Of a DNA stretch of 64,000 nt, positions 28,077 through 38,012 are shown in pieces. The translations under genes and the position numbers were made by a program. Within the stretch, counting starts at the first letter, position 1. The number at the start of each line of letters is the position of its first letter. The notes below the pieces were generated by a model. That model was not told the origin of the DNA, did not search any database, and saw only the letters and a list, made by a program, of their open reading frames with translations. Source of the stretch: Gammaproteobacteria bacterium (lineage in GTDB: Bacteria; Pseudomonadota; Gammaproteobacteria; Arenicellales; JAANXG01); contig JAXHNI010000009.1 of NCBI GenBank assembly GCA_034520625.1, positions 481,494-545,493 of the forward strand, in the 5' to 3' direction.

Positions 28077-28823
28077 ATGAAACTGCAGAGCAAAGAAGGT
28101 CAGCGGGTTCCCGACGTCAAGCTGAAAATGCGCGAGAACGGCGACTGGAAAGAAATCTCCACCGGCGAGTACTTCGCGGGCCGTAACATCGTCGTGTTTT
28201 CGCTGCCCGGCGCCTTCACGCCCACCTGCTCGTCGAGCCATCTCCCCAGGTACGAGGAGCTCATGCCGGCTTTCAAAGAAGCCGGGGTCGATGAAGTCGC
28301 CTGTATTTCCGTCAACGACGCCTTCGTGATGGATGCCTGGGCCCGGGATCAGCACGCCGAGCACGTGCGTATGCTGCCGGACGGCAACGGACTGTTCACC
28401 GACGGCATGGGCATGCTGGTGGACAAGGCCGACCTGGGCTTCGGGCCGAGGTCCTGGCGCTACTCCATGTACGTGGAGGACGGCGTGATCACCAGGATGT
28501 TCGTCGAGCCGGAGAAGGAAGGCGACCCGTTCGAGGTCTCGGACGCCGACACCATGTTGAAGTATCTCAATCCCGGGTACAGCGTGCCGCAATCCATCAC
28601 GGTGTTCTCCAAGCCGGGATGCCCGCACTGCGTCCGCGCCAAGAAACACCTGGCGGTCCGGGGCCTGGGATACGAGGAGATTCTCCTCGGCCGGGACGCG
28701 ACGATCCGCTCCCTGCGGGCCGTCTCCGGCAGCGACAAGACGCCGCAGGTCTTCATCGACGGTGAGCTCATCGGCGGCGCCGACGACCTGGAGAAGTACC
28801 TCGGGGTCAGCCGGGCCGCCTGA
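28077..28823 (+). CDS. hybrid peroxiredoxin (Prx5-type) / glutaredoxin
   Basis: It has the peroxidatic motif PGAFTPTCS and a C-terminal Grx domain with KPGCPHC and TPQVFIDGELIGG. Confidence 0.9.
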   Translation: MKLQSKEGQRVPDVKLKMRENGDWKEISTGEYFAGRNIVVFSLPGAFTPTCSSSHLPRYEELMPAFKEAGVDEVACISVNDAFVMDAWARDQHAEHVRMLPDGNGLFTDGMGMLVDKADLGFGPRSWRYSMYVEDGVITRMFVEPEKEGDPFEVSDADTMLKYLNPGYSVPQSITVFSKPGCPHCVRAKKHLAVRGLGYEEILLGRDATIRSLRAVSGSDKTPQVFIDGELIGGADDLEKYLGVSRAA

Positions 28824-28864
28824 CGGCGGTACAGGACGGCTCTCTCCATCGGGTATGATTCCCG

Positions 28865-30139
28865 GTGATGAGACCCTTCGCTTCGTTATGCAAACGCCTG
28901 TGGTGGTGCCCGGCTCTGCTGGTGCCCGCCCAGGCGCTTGCTTTTGACATTGACGATCTCCGGGCGCTGACAAGGGAGAAGAACCTCGCCAGCGTGGAGG
29001 CCGTCATCGAGCACCTGCCGCGGGAGTACCGGGAGAACTACACACTGGCCCATGACAGCCAGAGCCTCCAGGGCAGCAGCTACGACAATCCGAGGGCGAT
29101 ACTCTTTGGCCGTACCGCCCGCTTCGTCCTGAGCTTCAACGGACACCCCTCGCAGCAGCACTACCACGCCATCGAGGCCTTGCAGTTCCGGGAGGGGGCG
29201 GAAACATTCGAGCTCTATTCCATAGACTTCGACGACGGTGCCGCGCGGTTCTCGGAGCCCAATCCCGCCGTCTGCACGAGCTGCCACGGCTCGCCACCCC
29301 ATCCCATCTGGTCCAGCTACGAGTACGAGGACCGCGCAACCCGCCACTGGCCGGGCATGTACGGCTCCACCCATGATGCCCCGGTGCTGGACCCGGAGGA
29401 GAAGGCTGCGTTCGAACGGTTTCGCGAGCGGGCCGCCACCCACCCGCGCTACCGGCATCTGGTGATGACGGACGCCGGGGCCCCCTGGTTTCCGTACGCC
29501 GCCGGACCCCACCAGCATCGGCTCAGACCCAACAACCGGCTCGGAAACCTGCTGGCGCGATGGCACGCCCGGCAGATCGTGGCCCTGATCCGGCGCGGGG
29601 ATTTCATCGAGCGCCACCCGGGGGTGGGGCAGGCCTGGCTGCTGCAGTGCCCGGGGACGGAAGAGCCCGGCTACCGGGTCCGGGTTCGGGCGCTTTTCGA
29701 CGCGGAGTTTCCCCCCGGGCAGTATGCGTACACCCACGCCATCCGCGACGGCCTGCCGCAGGACCGCCGGGTGGCGTTCATGATGGAGAAGCTGCTCACC
29801 GGCTCGGGAGGGTTCGGCTGGGACATGAGCATAGAGCGGCCCGAGGAGACCGGCCGCTTCTTCACCGGCATCGTGAATATCGACCGGCTGGTGGGAGGTC
29901 ACTGGATGGCGACCCTTGAAGAGGCTCATCCACTGAAGGCCTATTACGAGCCCTGGACCAACCGGCAGCTCTACGACACCTTCGCCGAGGGCTACTACGA
30001 ATCCAACGTGGCACCCGGCGGGGTGGGTGCGGTGTATGACGAGATCACGCGCTACTACAATGAGTCACGCGCCCATCAGGCCTGCGCCGAGCTCATGCGC
30101 CAGACGCTGGCAGACGCAGACACGAGCCACGCCGACTAA
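28865..30139 (+). CDS. hypothetical periplasmic protein with a single CXXCH heme-c motif
   Basis: It has a signal peptide (...LLVPAQALA/FD). CTSCH lies at nt 29273-29287. It starts 41 nt downstream of the Prx-Grx gene. No family was recognised. Confidence 0.6.
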   Translation: MMRPFASLCKRLWWCPALLVPAQALAFDIDDLRALTREKNLASVEAVIEHLPREYRENYTLAHDSQSLQGSSYDNPRAILFGRTARFVLSFNGHPSQQHYHAIEALQFREGAETFELYSIDFDDGAARFSEPNPAVCTSCHGSPPHPIWSSYEYEDRATRHWPGMYGSTHDAPVLDPEEKAAFERFRERAATHPRYRHLVMTDAGAPWFPYAAGPHQHRLRPNNRLGNLLARWHARQIVALIRRGDFIERHPGVGQAWLLQCPGTEEPGYRVRVRALFDAEFPPGQYAYTHAIRDGLPQDRRVAFMMEKLLTGSGGFGWDMSIERPEETGRFFTGIVNIDRLVGGHWMATLEEAHPLKAYYEPWTNRQLYDTFAEGYYESNVAPGGVGAVYDEITRYYNESRAHQACAELMRQTLADADTSHAD

Positions 30140-30151
30140 CCCAACCCCGAA

Positions 30152-31063
30152 TCACGACTCCCTCATCGTCACGCAGGACAGCTTGCAGCGCCATACGGCT
30201 TTGCGCAGTGCTTCGATGGCCGGAAAGCGGGGGAAGCTGGCCCGGAATGCCACCGCCACGGTCCGTTTGGCGTCGCGGTTGGCGAAACGCCGGACCGTGA
30301 GCATGCGCCGCGTGAACCGGTCCGCGCCGGCGGCGGTGCAGGGCAGGACCGTGACCCCCAGGCCGGACGCCACCATGTGTCGGATCGTCTCCAGCGAACT
30401 CCCCTCGGTGGTGGCCGACTCGGCGTCCAGGCACTCGGGGCAGGTTTCGATGACCTGGTCCCGGAAGCAGTGGCCGTCGCTCAACAGGAGCAGGTTCTCG
30501 TCGCGCAGCCAGCGGCTCTGGATTTTTTCCCGCTCCCCCAGCGGGTGCCCGCTCGGCAGCAGCACCACGAACGGCTCGTCGTACAGCGGCAGGGTGAGCA
30601 GGCCCGGCCGCTCGAACGGCAGGGCCAGGATGGCCGCGTCGATCTCGCCATGGCGGAGCTTCTGTGCCAGGTCCGCGGTGAAGCCCTCGGAGAGGATCAG
30701 CGGCATCTCCGGCGCGGCTTTCTTGAGCTCGGGGATCAGGTCCGGAAACAGGTAGGGTCCGATGGTATAGATCGCCCCCAGCCGAAGCGGGCCCGCCAGC
30801 GGGTCCTGCGCCCCCTCGGCCATCCGCTTCAGAGTGTCCGCCTCCTCCAGGACTTTCAGTGCCTGGTCCACGATGGCCTGTCCCTGCGGGGTCACGGTGA
30901 CATCCGCGGCGTTTCGCTCGAACAGCACAACGCCCAGCTCCTGTTCGATCTTCCTGATGCCCACGCTCAGGGTGGGCTGGCTGACGAAGCAGGCTTTCGC
31001 CGCGCGCCCGAAGTGGCGGTGCCGGGCCAGGGCCACGACGTAACGCAGTTCAGTGAGAGTCAT
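30152..31063 (-). CDS. oxyR: LysR-family hydrogen peroxide sensor OxyR
   Basis: The N-terminal HTH is FVSQPTLSVGIRKIEQELG. The redox cysteines lie in DGHCFRDQVIETC with the same spacing as E. coli C199/C208. SLETIRHMVASG is also present. Confidence 0.88.
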   Translation of the reverse strand: MTLTELRYVVALARHRHFGRAAKACFVSQPTLSVGIRKIEQELGVVLFERNAADVTVTPQGQAIVDQALKVLEEADTLKRMAEGAQDPLAGPLRLGAIYTIGPYLFPDLIPELKKAAPEMPLILSEGFTADLAQKLRHGEIDAAILALPFERPGLLTLPLYDEPFVVLLPSGHPLGEREKIQSRWLRDENLLLLSDGHCFRDQVIETCPECLDAESATTEGSSLETIRHMVASGLGVTVLPCTAAGADRFTRRMLTVRRFANRDAKRTVAVAFRASFPRFPAIEALRKAVWRCKLSCVTMRES

Positions 31064-31154
31064 GGAAACGGATTGATTCCTCGGGTGCCGGTGTGCGGAT
31101 CGCTGCGTGTTATGTTACCGGCATTGCTCCGTTTCGGCGAAACCGACACGCACC

Positions 31155-32000
31155 ATGACCGACCTGTTTGACTTCGACCCGCCGCCGCCGCTGTATGCGG
31201 TGATGGGCAATCCGGTTGCCCACAGCCTGTCCCCGCAGATACACGACCTGTTCGCCCGCCAGTTCCGGATCCGGCTCGACTACCGGCGAATCCACGTGGA
31301 CGTCGGCGGCTTCGACCAGGCCGTCGACAGCTTTCGCGCCGAGGGCGGACAGGGCCTGAACGTGACCGTGCCGTTCAAGCTCGAGGCCTGGGAATTGGCG
31401 GACCGGCGCACGGAACGGGCGCAGCTCGCCGGCGCCGCCAATACGCTCTGGTTCACCGAGGACCGGATCCATGCCGACAACACCGACGGCGTGGGCATGT
31501 GCCGGGATATCGCCGGCAATGTCGAATTCGCCCTGGCGGACCGGCGCGTGCTGGTGGTGGGCGCCGGCGGCGCCGTGCGCGGCGTGCTCGGGCCGCTGCT
31601 CGAGGCGCGCCCGGCCGCGGTCATGATCGCCAACCGCTCCGTGGACAAGGCGGAAACCCTTGCCGTGAACTTCGCCGGGATATCGCGCATCGAAACCGGC
31701 GGCTTCGACGCACTGCCCGGCCGCAGCTTCGACCTGGTGATCAACGGCACCTCCGCATCGCTCCAGGGCGAGCTGCCGCCGCTTCCCGGCGGGCTGTTCA
31801 ATGACGGCGCGCTGGCTTACGACATGATGTACGCCCGCGAGCGCACCCCGTTTCTGCGCTGGGCGGCGGCGCACGGCGCCGCCCGGTTCGCCGACGGCCT
31901 GGGCATGCTGGTGGAGCAGGCGGCCGAGTCCTTCCATATCTGGCACGGCAGGCGCCCGGAAACCGGGCCGGTGATCGAGAAGCTCAGGTGGGGCGAGTAA
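31155..32000 (+). CDS. aroE: shikimate dehydrogenase
   Basis: It has GNPVAHSLSP, NVTVPFK and GAGGA. The ATG at 31155 is preferred; the track ORF starts at 31107. Confidence 0.9.
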   Translation: MTDLFDFDPPPPLYAVMGNPVAHSLSPQIHDLFARQFRIRLDYRRIHVDVGGFDQAVDSFRAEGGQGLNVTVPFKLEAWELADRRTERAQLAGAANTLWFTEDRIHADNTDGVGMCRDIAGNVEFALADRRVLVVGAGGAVRGVLGPLLEARPAAVMIANRSVDKAETLAVNFAGISRIETGGFDALPGRSFDLVINGTSASLQGELPPLPGGLFNDGALAYDMMYARERTPFLRWAAAHGAARFADGLGMLVEQAAESFHIWHGRRPETGPVIEKLRWGE

Positions 32001-32003
32001 GGG

Positions 32004-33350
32004 TCAGTTCAGTGTTACCAGCTCCTCGGCGGCGGTGGGGTGGATGGCGACGGTGTCGTCCAGATCCTGTTTTCGGGCACCCATCTTTATCGCCACGGCG
32101 AAGCCCTGCATCATCTCGTCGGCGCCCTGGCCGATGACGTGGCAGCCGACGATCCGTTCCTCCTCGCCGCGGGTGATGAGCTTTACGACGCTCGGCTGCT
32201 TGTGCTCCAGCACCCCGTAGTACATGTTGGTAAAGCGCCCCGAGTAGACTTTTATTTCCTCGCCGTACAGCTCCCTAGCCTCGTCCTCGGCCAGGCCCAC
32301 GGTACCGATCGGGGGATGACTGAAGATGACGGTCGGGATGTTGTCATAGTCAAGCGCCGCCCCGCTCTGCCCGCCGAACAGCCGGTCGGACAGCCGCCGC
32401 CCCGCGGCGATCGCAACCGGCGTGAGCGCTGCGCGGCCGGTGACGTCCCCCACCGCGTGGATGCCCTCGACGTTGGTGTCCTGGAAGCGGTCGGTGATGA
32501 TCTGGCCGAAATCGTCCGTCTCCACGCCGGCCAGCTCGAGCTGCAGGCCGTCGGTGTTGGGCGAGCGTCCCACCGCCCACAGGACGCAGTCGACGCCGTG
32601 AATCACCTCGCCGGTATCCAGGCGCACGTCGATGCCGGCGTCCGTTCGATGCAGCTCGGCGACCTGCGCCCGGCGCCGGAAATGGATTCCGGCCGCCTCG
32701 CTGACCTCCATCAGCGTATCGCGGAGCGTGGCATCGAAGCTCCTGAGAAACGTGTCGCGCCGCAGAACCATGGTGACCTCGGCGCCCAGGCCGTGCAGCA
32801 CGCCGGCGAGCTCGGTGGCGATGTAACCGGCGCCCACCGTCACCACCCGGCGCGGCAGTTTCTCCAGCTCGAAGAAGCCGTCGCTGGTAATCCCCAGCTC
32901 GGCGCCGTGCACCGGCGGGACGATGGGCTGCCCGCCGGACGCCACCAGGATGTGCCGGGCGGTGTAGGCGTTACCGCCCACGCGCACGGTATCGGGGGAC
33001 TCGAAACGCGCGTAACCCTCCAGCGTTTCCACCCCGGATTTGTCGAGGTTGCGCCGGTAGATGCCGTTGAGGCGCGCGATGTACGCATCCCTGGACTGCT
33101 TGATGGTTGCCCAGTCGAACCCCGTCGGCCCGATTGAGAATCCGTAGCCCGGCGCGTCCCGCAGCGCGCCGGCGATTTCCGAGGTCGTCCACATGATCTT
33201 TTTCGGCACGCAGCCGACGTTCACACAGGTGCCGCCCAGGCGTCCGGACTCGATCAGCAGAACCCGCGCGCCGTAGGACGCTGCCCGCCTGGCCGAGGCG
33301 ATACCGCCGCTGCCTCCGCCTATTACTACGTAGTCGTACTGATTCGCCAT
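32004..33350 (-). CDS. gor: glutathione-disulfide reductase
   Basis: It has GGGSGG, the redox-active [13 protein letters not shown] and the C-terminal HPTAAEE. Confidence 0.92.
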   Translation of the reverse strand: MANQYDYVVIGGGSGGIASARRAASYGARVLLIESGRLGGTCVNVGCVPKKIMWTTSEIAGALRDAPGYGFSIGPTGFDWATIKQSRDAYIARLNGIYRRNLDKSGVETLEGYARFESPDTVRVGGNAYTARHILVASGGQPIVPPVHGAELGITSDGFFELEKLPRRVVTVGAGYIATELAGVLHGLGAEVTMVLRRDTFLRSFDATLRDTLMEVSEAAGIHFRRRAQVAELHRTDAGIDVRLDTGEVIHGVDCVLWAVGRSPNTDGLQLELAGVETDDFGQIITDRFQDTNVEGIHAVGDVTGRAALTPVAIAAGRRLSDRLFGGQSGAALDYDNIPTVIFSHPPIGTVGLAEDEARELYGEEIKVYSGRFTNMYYGVLEHKQPSVVKLITRGEEERIVGCHVIGQGADEMMQGFAVAIKMGARKQDLDDTVAIHPTAAEELVTLN

Positions 33351-33503
33351 TGTCTGTCGCCTGGATTGATAGTTCGATTCAGCGGTGCGCCGCTGTTGTA
33401 AACTGGGACAGGAACACCATGTTCCTCACTAAAGGCCGGTTAGCCCGCGCCTCGCCGGCACCGACCACTTTCCGACACTTTTTATCAGCACCGGTTCTCG
33501 ATT

Positions 33504-35576
33504 ATGCCAAACCTTCATCCCGACCTGGCCGATGCGCCTGACAACCCACTGCTTGATTTCGAGGGCCTGCCGCGTTTCTCGTCCATACGGCCGGAGCATG
33601 TCGGGCCGGCGCTGGATTACCTCCTGCGCCGCAACCGCGAGCGGATCACCGAGCTGGAGAGCCTGGACGAAGCGCCGGGCTGGGACAACTTCGTGGCCGT
33701 GATGGAGAGCCTGGACGAGCGCTTCGGCCGCATGTGGTCGCCGGTTTCGCACCTGAATTCGGTCAAGGACAGCCCGGCGCTGCGCGAGGCTTACGAGAAC
33801 GCCCTGCCGAAAATCACCGATTACCATACCGACCTGGCGCAGAGCGAGTCGTTGTTCCTCAGGTTCCAGGCCCTTGGCGAAGGAGAGGGTTACCGGCAGC
33901 TTGACCGCGCCCAGCGCCGGATCGTGGGCAATGCCCTGCGGGACTACCGACTGTCGGGGGTCGATCTGCCGGCCGAAAAGAAGGCGCGCTTCAAGGTTAT
34001 CCAGCAGGAGCTCGCCGGCCTGTCGAATCGCTTCGAGCGCAACGTCCTGGACGCTACCGAGGGCTGGTCACTGCATATTGCCGACGAGTCCCGGCTCGCG
34101 GGTCTGCCGGGCTCCGTCCTTGAGCTGGCGCGCCAGGGCGCTCGGGAACAGGATCTCGACGGCTGGCGCTTCACCCTGCACATCCCTTCATACCTGCCGT
34201 TCATGATGTACTGCGAGGACCGCGAGCTGCGCCGGCAGATGTACGAGGCTTTCGTCACCCGGGCCAGTGAGCGCGGCCCGGACGCCGGCCGCTACGACAA
34301 CAGCGAAGTCATCGAGCGGATCATGGCCCTGCGCCGGGAAGCGGCCGGGCTGCTTGGTTTCGAGGACTACGCCTCGGTGTCTCTGGAGTCCAAGATGGCC
34401 GAATCCCCCGTGCAGGTCGAGCAGTTCCTGCTGGATCTGGCCGGCCGGGTGCGCACCGCCGCCGAGCGCGAGCGCAGCGAGCTGGAGGAATTCGCCCGCG
34501 GCGAGTGCGGTCTGGCGGAGCTGGAAGCCTGGGATATGGCATTCGTTTCCGAGCGCCTGAGGCAGTCGCGCTACGCGTTCTCGGATGAGGACGTGCGTCC
34601 GTACTTTCCCCTGGACCGGGTCATCCAGGGTTTGTTCCAGGTGGTCGGGCGTCTGTACGGCATCGAGGCCCGCCGCGTGGAGGATGTCGAGACCTGGCAT
34701 CCCGATGTCAGTTTCTACGAGCTGGTGGATGCCGACGGCGAGCTGCGCGGGCGTTTCTTCCTCGACCCTTATGTAAGGAATGGCAAGCGGGGCGGCGCCT
34801 GGATGGACGACTGCATTCCGCGCAAGCGCGCCGCGGAGCGGGTTCAGGCGCCGGTGGCGTACCTGGTCTGCAACTTCTCGCCGCCGGTGGGCGAGCGTCC
34901 GGCGCTGCTCACCCACGAAGAAGTCCTGACCCTGTTCCACGAGTTCGGTCACGGCCTGCACCACATGCTGTCGAAGGTGGACTACGTGTCGGTGTCGGGC
35001 ATCAACGGTGTGGCCTGGGACGCGGTGGAGCTGCCCAGCCAGTTCATGGAAAACTGGTGCTGGGAAAGCGAAGCCCTGAACCTGATCTCCGGCCACTACC
35101 AGACCGGCGACCCACTGCCCGAGGAGCTGCTGGAGAAACTGCGCGCGGCGCGCAATTTCCAGTCCGCCATGCAGATGCTGCGCCAGGTCGAGTTTTCACT
35201 GTTCGATCTGCGCCTGCACCGCGATTATGACGGCGGCGGCATCGAGCGCGTGCGCCGGCTTCTGGACGAGGCGCGCGAAGAGGTGGCGGTGGTGATCCCT
35301 CCGGAGTACAACCGCTTCCCGCACGGCTTTTCCCACATCTTCGCCGGTGGCTACGCGGCTGGCTACTACAGCTACAAGTGGGCGGAAGTGCTGTCGGCGG
35401 ACGCCTTCAGCCGCTTCGAGGAGGAAGGCATTTTCAACCGCGACACCGGCCGGGCCTTCCTGGAAAACATCCTGGAGGTGGGCGGCGTCGAAGAAGCCGC
35501 CGACATGTTCCGCAATTTCCGCGGCCGCGACCCGCAGGTCGACGCACTGCTGCGGCACAACGGCCTGGCGGCGTAG
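33504..35576 (+). CDS. prlC: oligopeptidase A (M3 family)
   Basis: The product is 690 aa with zinc motif HEFGHGLHH. The architecture is M3A-like. Confidence 0.92.
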   Translation: MPNLHPDLADAPDNPLLDFEGLPRFSSIRPEHVGPALDYLLRRNRERITELESLDEAPGWDNFVAVMESLDERFGRMWSPVSHLNSVKDSPALREAYENALPKITDYHTDLAQSESLFLRFQALGEGEGYRQLDRAQRRIVGNALRDYRLSGVDLPAEKKARFKVIQQELAGLSNRFERNVLDATEGWSLHIADESRLAGLPGSVLELARQGAREQDLDGWRFTLHIPSYLPFMMYCEDRELRRQMYEAFVTRASERGPDAGRYDNSEVIERIMALRREAAGLLGFEDYASVSLESKMAESPVQVEQFLLDLAGRVRTAAERERSELEEFARGECGLAELEAWDMAFVSERLRQSRYAFSDEDVRPYFPLDRVIQGLFQVVGRLYGIEARRVEDVETWHPDVSFYELVDADGELRGRFFLDPYVRNGKRGGAWMDDCIPRKRAAERVQAPVAYLVCNFSPPVGERPALLTHEEVLTLFHEFGHGLHHMLSKVDYVSVSGINGVAWDAVELPSQFMENWCWESEALNLISGHYQTGDPLPEELLEKLRAARNFQSAMQMLRQVEFSLFDLRLHRDYDGGGIERVRRLLDEAREEVAVVIPPEYNRFPHGFSHIFAGGYAAGYYSYKWAEVLSADAFSRFEEEGIFNRDTGRAFLENILEVGGVEEAADMFRNFRGRDPQVDALLRHNGLAA

Positions 35577-35738
35577 CCGGCCTTATTTGACAAGGCCGAT
35601 ACGCATGGGTCGTGCCGACCATCGTCACGCTGGTGGCGCGGTGCCATGGTACACTGGTGGAACAATCCGGTTGCAAAGCCACGGCCCGGCTCCCGGTGGC
35701 TTTCCCGGCGACAACGTATACACAACGAGGAGATTCCC

Positions 35739-36710
35739 ATGATCAGAACAAAGCTGACCGTATTGGCGGCGGTGGCCGCATTGACTTTCGGATCGTCCGC
35801 ATTCGCCGCCGAAGGCGAAGACTGCGGCACCGTGCGCTTCGGCCAGGTGAACTGGACCGGCGTATCCGGCAAGACCGAGACCGCGGCCTGGATGCTGGAG
35901 CAAATGGGCTACGAGACCGATGTCATCACCGCGTCCGTGCCCATCATGTTCTCGTCCCTGGCGGAGTCCGACCGCGACGCCTTCCTCGGCCTGTGGCTGC
36001 CGACCCAGCGCAGCATGATCACCGAGTACATGACCGGGGGCAGGATCGACATCGTTGCGAAGAATCTGGAGAACGCCAAGTACACCGTCGGCGTATCCCG
36101 GGAAGCCTGGGAGAATGGCGTCAAGCATTTCAGCGACCTCGCCGAGAACGCCGACAAGTTCGACAACACCATCCTCGGCATCGAGGCCGGCAACGACGGC
36201 AACGAGATCATCAAGCAGATGATCGCCGACGACGCCTACGGCATGGGCGGCTTGGAGCTTCAGCCTTCCAGCGAGGCCGGGATGCTCACCGAGGTAGAGC
36301 GCCGCCACCGCCAGGGCAAGTGGGCGGCCTGGCTGGCCTGGCAGCCCCACCCGATGAACCTCAATATCGAGCTGGAGTATCTGAACGGCGGTGAGGACTA
36401 CTGGGGCCCCAACCAGGGCGGCGCCACGGTGTACACCATGACCCGCACGGGCTACGCCTGGCAATGCCCCAACGTGGGCCAGTTCCTGGAGAACTACAGC
36501 TTCAGCGTCGACGAGCAGAGCCAGCTCGCCAGCTTCGTCATCAATGACGAAATGGACTATGCCGAAGCCGGTCGCGCCCTGATCAAGGAGAAACCGGAGC
36601 TGCTTGATCGCTGGTTCGGCGCCGGCGGCACCTTCCAGACCGGCCCGATCAAGACCGCCGACGGCAGCGGCAATGCCCTGGATGTCGTAAAGAGCGCCCT
36701 GGACCTCTGA
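35739..36710 (+). CDS. proX: glycine betaine/proline betaine ABC transporter substrate-binding protein
   Basis: The signal peptide is MIRTKLTVLAAVAALTFGSSAFA. The OpuAC-type pattern is VRFGQVNWTGVSG. It is followed by proV and proW. Confidence 0.85.
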   Translation: MIRTKLTVLAAVAALTFGSSAFAAEGEDCGTVRFGQVNWTGVSGKTETAAWMLEQMGYETDVITASVPIMFSSLAESDRDAFLGLWLPTQRSMITEYMTGGRIDIVAKNLENAKYTVGVSREAWENGVKHFSDLAENADKFDNTILGIEAGNDGNEIIKQMIADDAYGMGGLELQPSSEAGMLTEVERRHRQGKWAAWLAWQPHPMNLNIELEYLNGGEDYWGPNQGGATVYTMTRTGYAWQCPNVGQFLENYSFSVDEQSQLASFVINDEMDYAEAGRALIKEKPELLDRWFGAGGTFQTGPIKTADGSGNALDVVKSALDL

Positions 36711-36730
36711 CTGGTACGCCGGCATGTCGG

Positions 36731-36753
36731 AGCCCCGGGTGATCCCCGGGGCT
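36731..36753 (+). terminator. intercistronic hairpin after proX (attenuator / mRNA-stabilising structure)
   Basis: The structure is AGCCCCGGG-tgatc-CCCGGGGCT followed by TT. It lies in the 124-nt gap between the binding-protein and ATPase genes. Confidence 0.45.
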
Positions 36754-36834
36754 TTCGCCATGTGTGTGGGACCGTGCCTGGCATTCAATGCCGATTGAAA
36801 CAATTCTCGGGCGTAACGCCCGCCCTACGGCCAC

Positions 36835-38010
36835 ATGACCGACAAGATCGTCATAGAGGACGTCTACAAGATCTTCGGCCCCAGGCCTCAGGTCGCCAGG
36901 GACCTGATCGACCAGGGCTACGACAAGGACCGGATCTTCGCCGAGACCGGCAACACCGTCGGGGTTCAGCAGGCGAGCTTCAGCATCAAGGAAGGGGAGG
37001 TCTTCGTGGTAATGGGGCTTTCCGGCTCCGGCAAATCCACCATGGTTCGGATGCTGAACCGGCTCATTGATCCGAGCTGGGGCAGCGTCAGGGTGCTTGG
37101 CCAGGACATTACGACGATGTCCCGCAGCGAGCTCATCGAGCTGCGCCGCACCAAGATGAGCATGGTATTCCAGTCCTTCGCCCTGATGCCCCACCAGACC
37201 GTCCTGGAGAACGCCGCCTTCGGCCTGGAGGTCAGCGGCAGCGACCGCAGGGAGCGCGAACGGCGCGCAATGCGTGCCCTGGAGCAGGTCGGCCTGGACG
37301 CTAATGCCAACAGCTACCCGAGTGAGCTTTCCGGCGGCATGAAGCAGCGCGTGGGTCTCGCCCGCGCCCTGGCGGTGGATCCCGAGATCCTGTTGATGGA
37401 CGAGGCCTTCTCCGCCCTGGATCCGCTCATCCGCACCCAGATGCAGGACGAGCTGATTGAGCTTCAGCGCCAGGAGCGACGCACCATCGTGTTCATTTCC
37501 CATGACCTCGACGAGGCCATGCGCATCGGCGACCGGATCGCCATCATGGAACAGGGCAAGGTGGTCCAGATCGGGACGCCGGAGGAGATCGTCACGAACC
37601 CGGCCGACGAGTATGTCAGGTCGTTCTTCCACGGCGTGGATGTGACCAAGGTGTTTACCGGCGCCGACCTCGCCGGCTTCGACACCGTGAGTCTGATCCG
37701 GGGCGACGGCGGCGGTGCGGACCGGGCGCGGGAGCAGATCCAAAAAGAGGGCTTTCCGTGCGGCGTCGTCGTCGACGCCGATGATCTCTACCAGGGGGTC
37801 GTGACCCCCGCATCCCTCGATGGCGCTGACAATCTGCGCGCCGCTTTTGTCGGCGCCATCGAGCCGGCGCGGGCGGACGAGACCCTGAACGACGTGCTGC
37901 ACCGGGTGGCGCACCTGGACGTGCCCGTCCCGGTCGTCGACGACGGTGGCAGGTTCCTCGGCAGCGTCTCCCGCCGCGCGCTGCTCCAGACGCTGGACCG
38001 CACGAGGTAG
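36835..38010 (+). CDS. proV: glycine betaine/L-proline ABC transporter ATP-binding protein (with CBS pair)
   Basis: It has GLSGSGKST, LSGGMKQR and LLMDEAFSALD. The C-terminal region of about 120 aa is CBS-like. Confidence 0.9.
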   Translation: MTDKIVIEDVYKIFGPRPQVARDLIDQGYDKDRIFAETGNTVGVQQASFSIKEGEVFVVMGLSGSGKSTMVRMLNRLIDPSWGSVRVLGQDITTMSRSELIELRRTKMSMVFQSFALMPHQTVLENAAFGLEVSGSDRRERERRAMRALEQVGLDANANSYPSELSGGMKQRVGLARALAVDPEILLMDEAFSALDPLIRTQMQDELIELQRQERRTIVFISHDLDEAMRIGDRIAIMEQGKVVQIGTPEEIVTNPADEYVRSFFHGVDVTKVFTGADLAGFDTVSLIRGDGGGADRAREQIQKEGFPCGVVVDADDLYQGVVTPASLDGADNLRAAFVGAIEPARADETLNDVLHRVAHLDVPVPVVDDGGRFLGSVSRRALLQTLDRTR

Positions 38011-38012
38011 CC

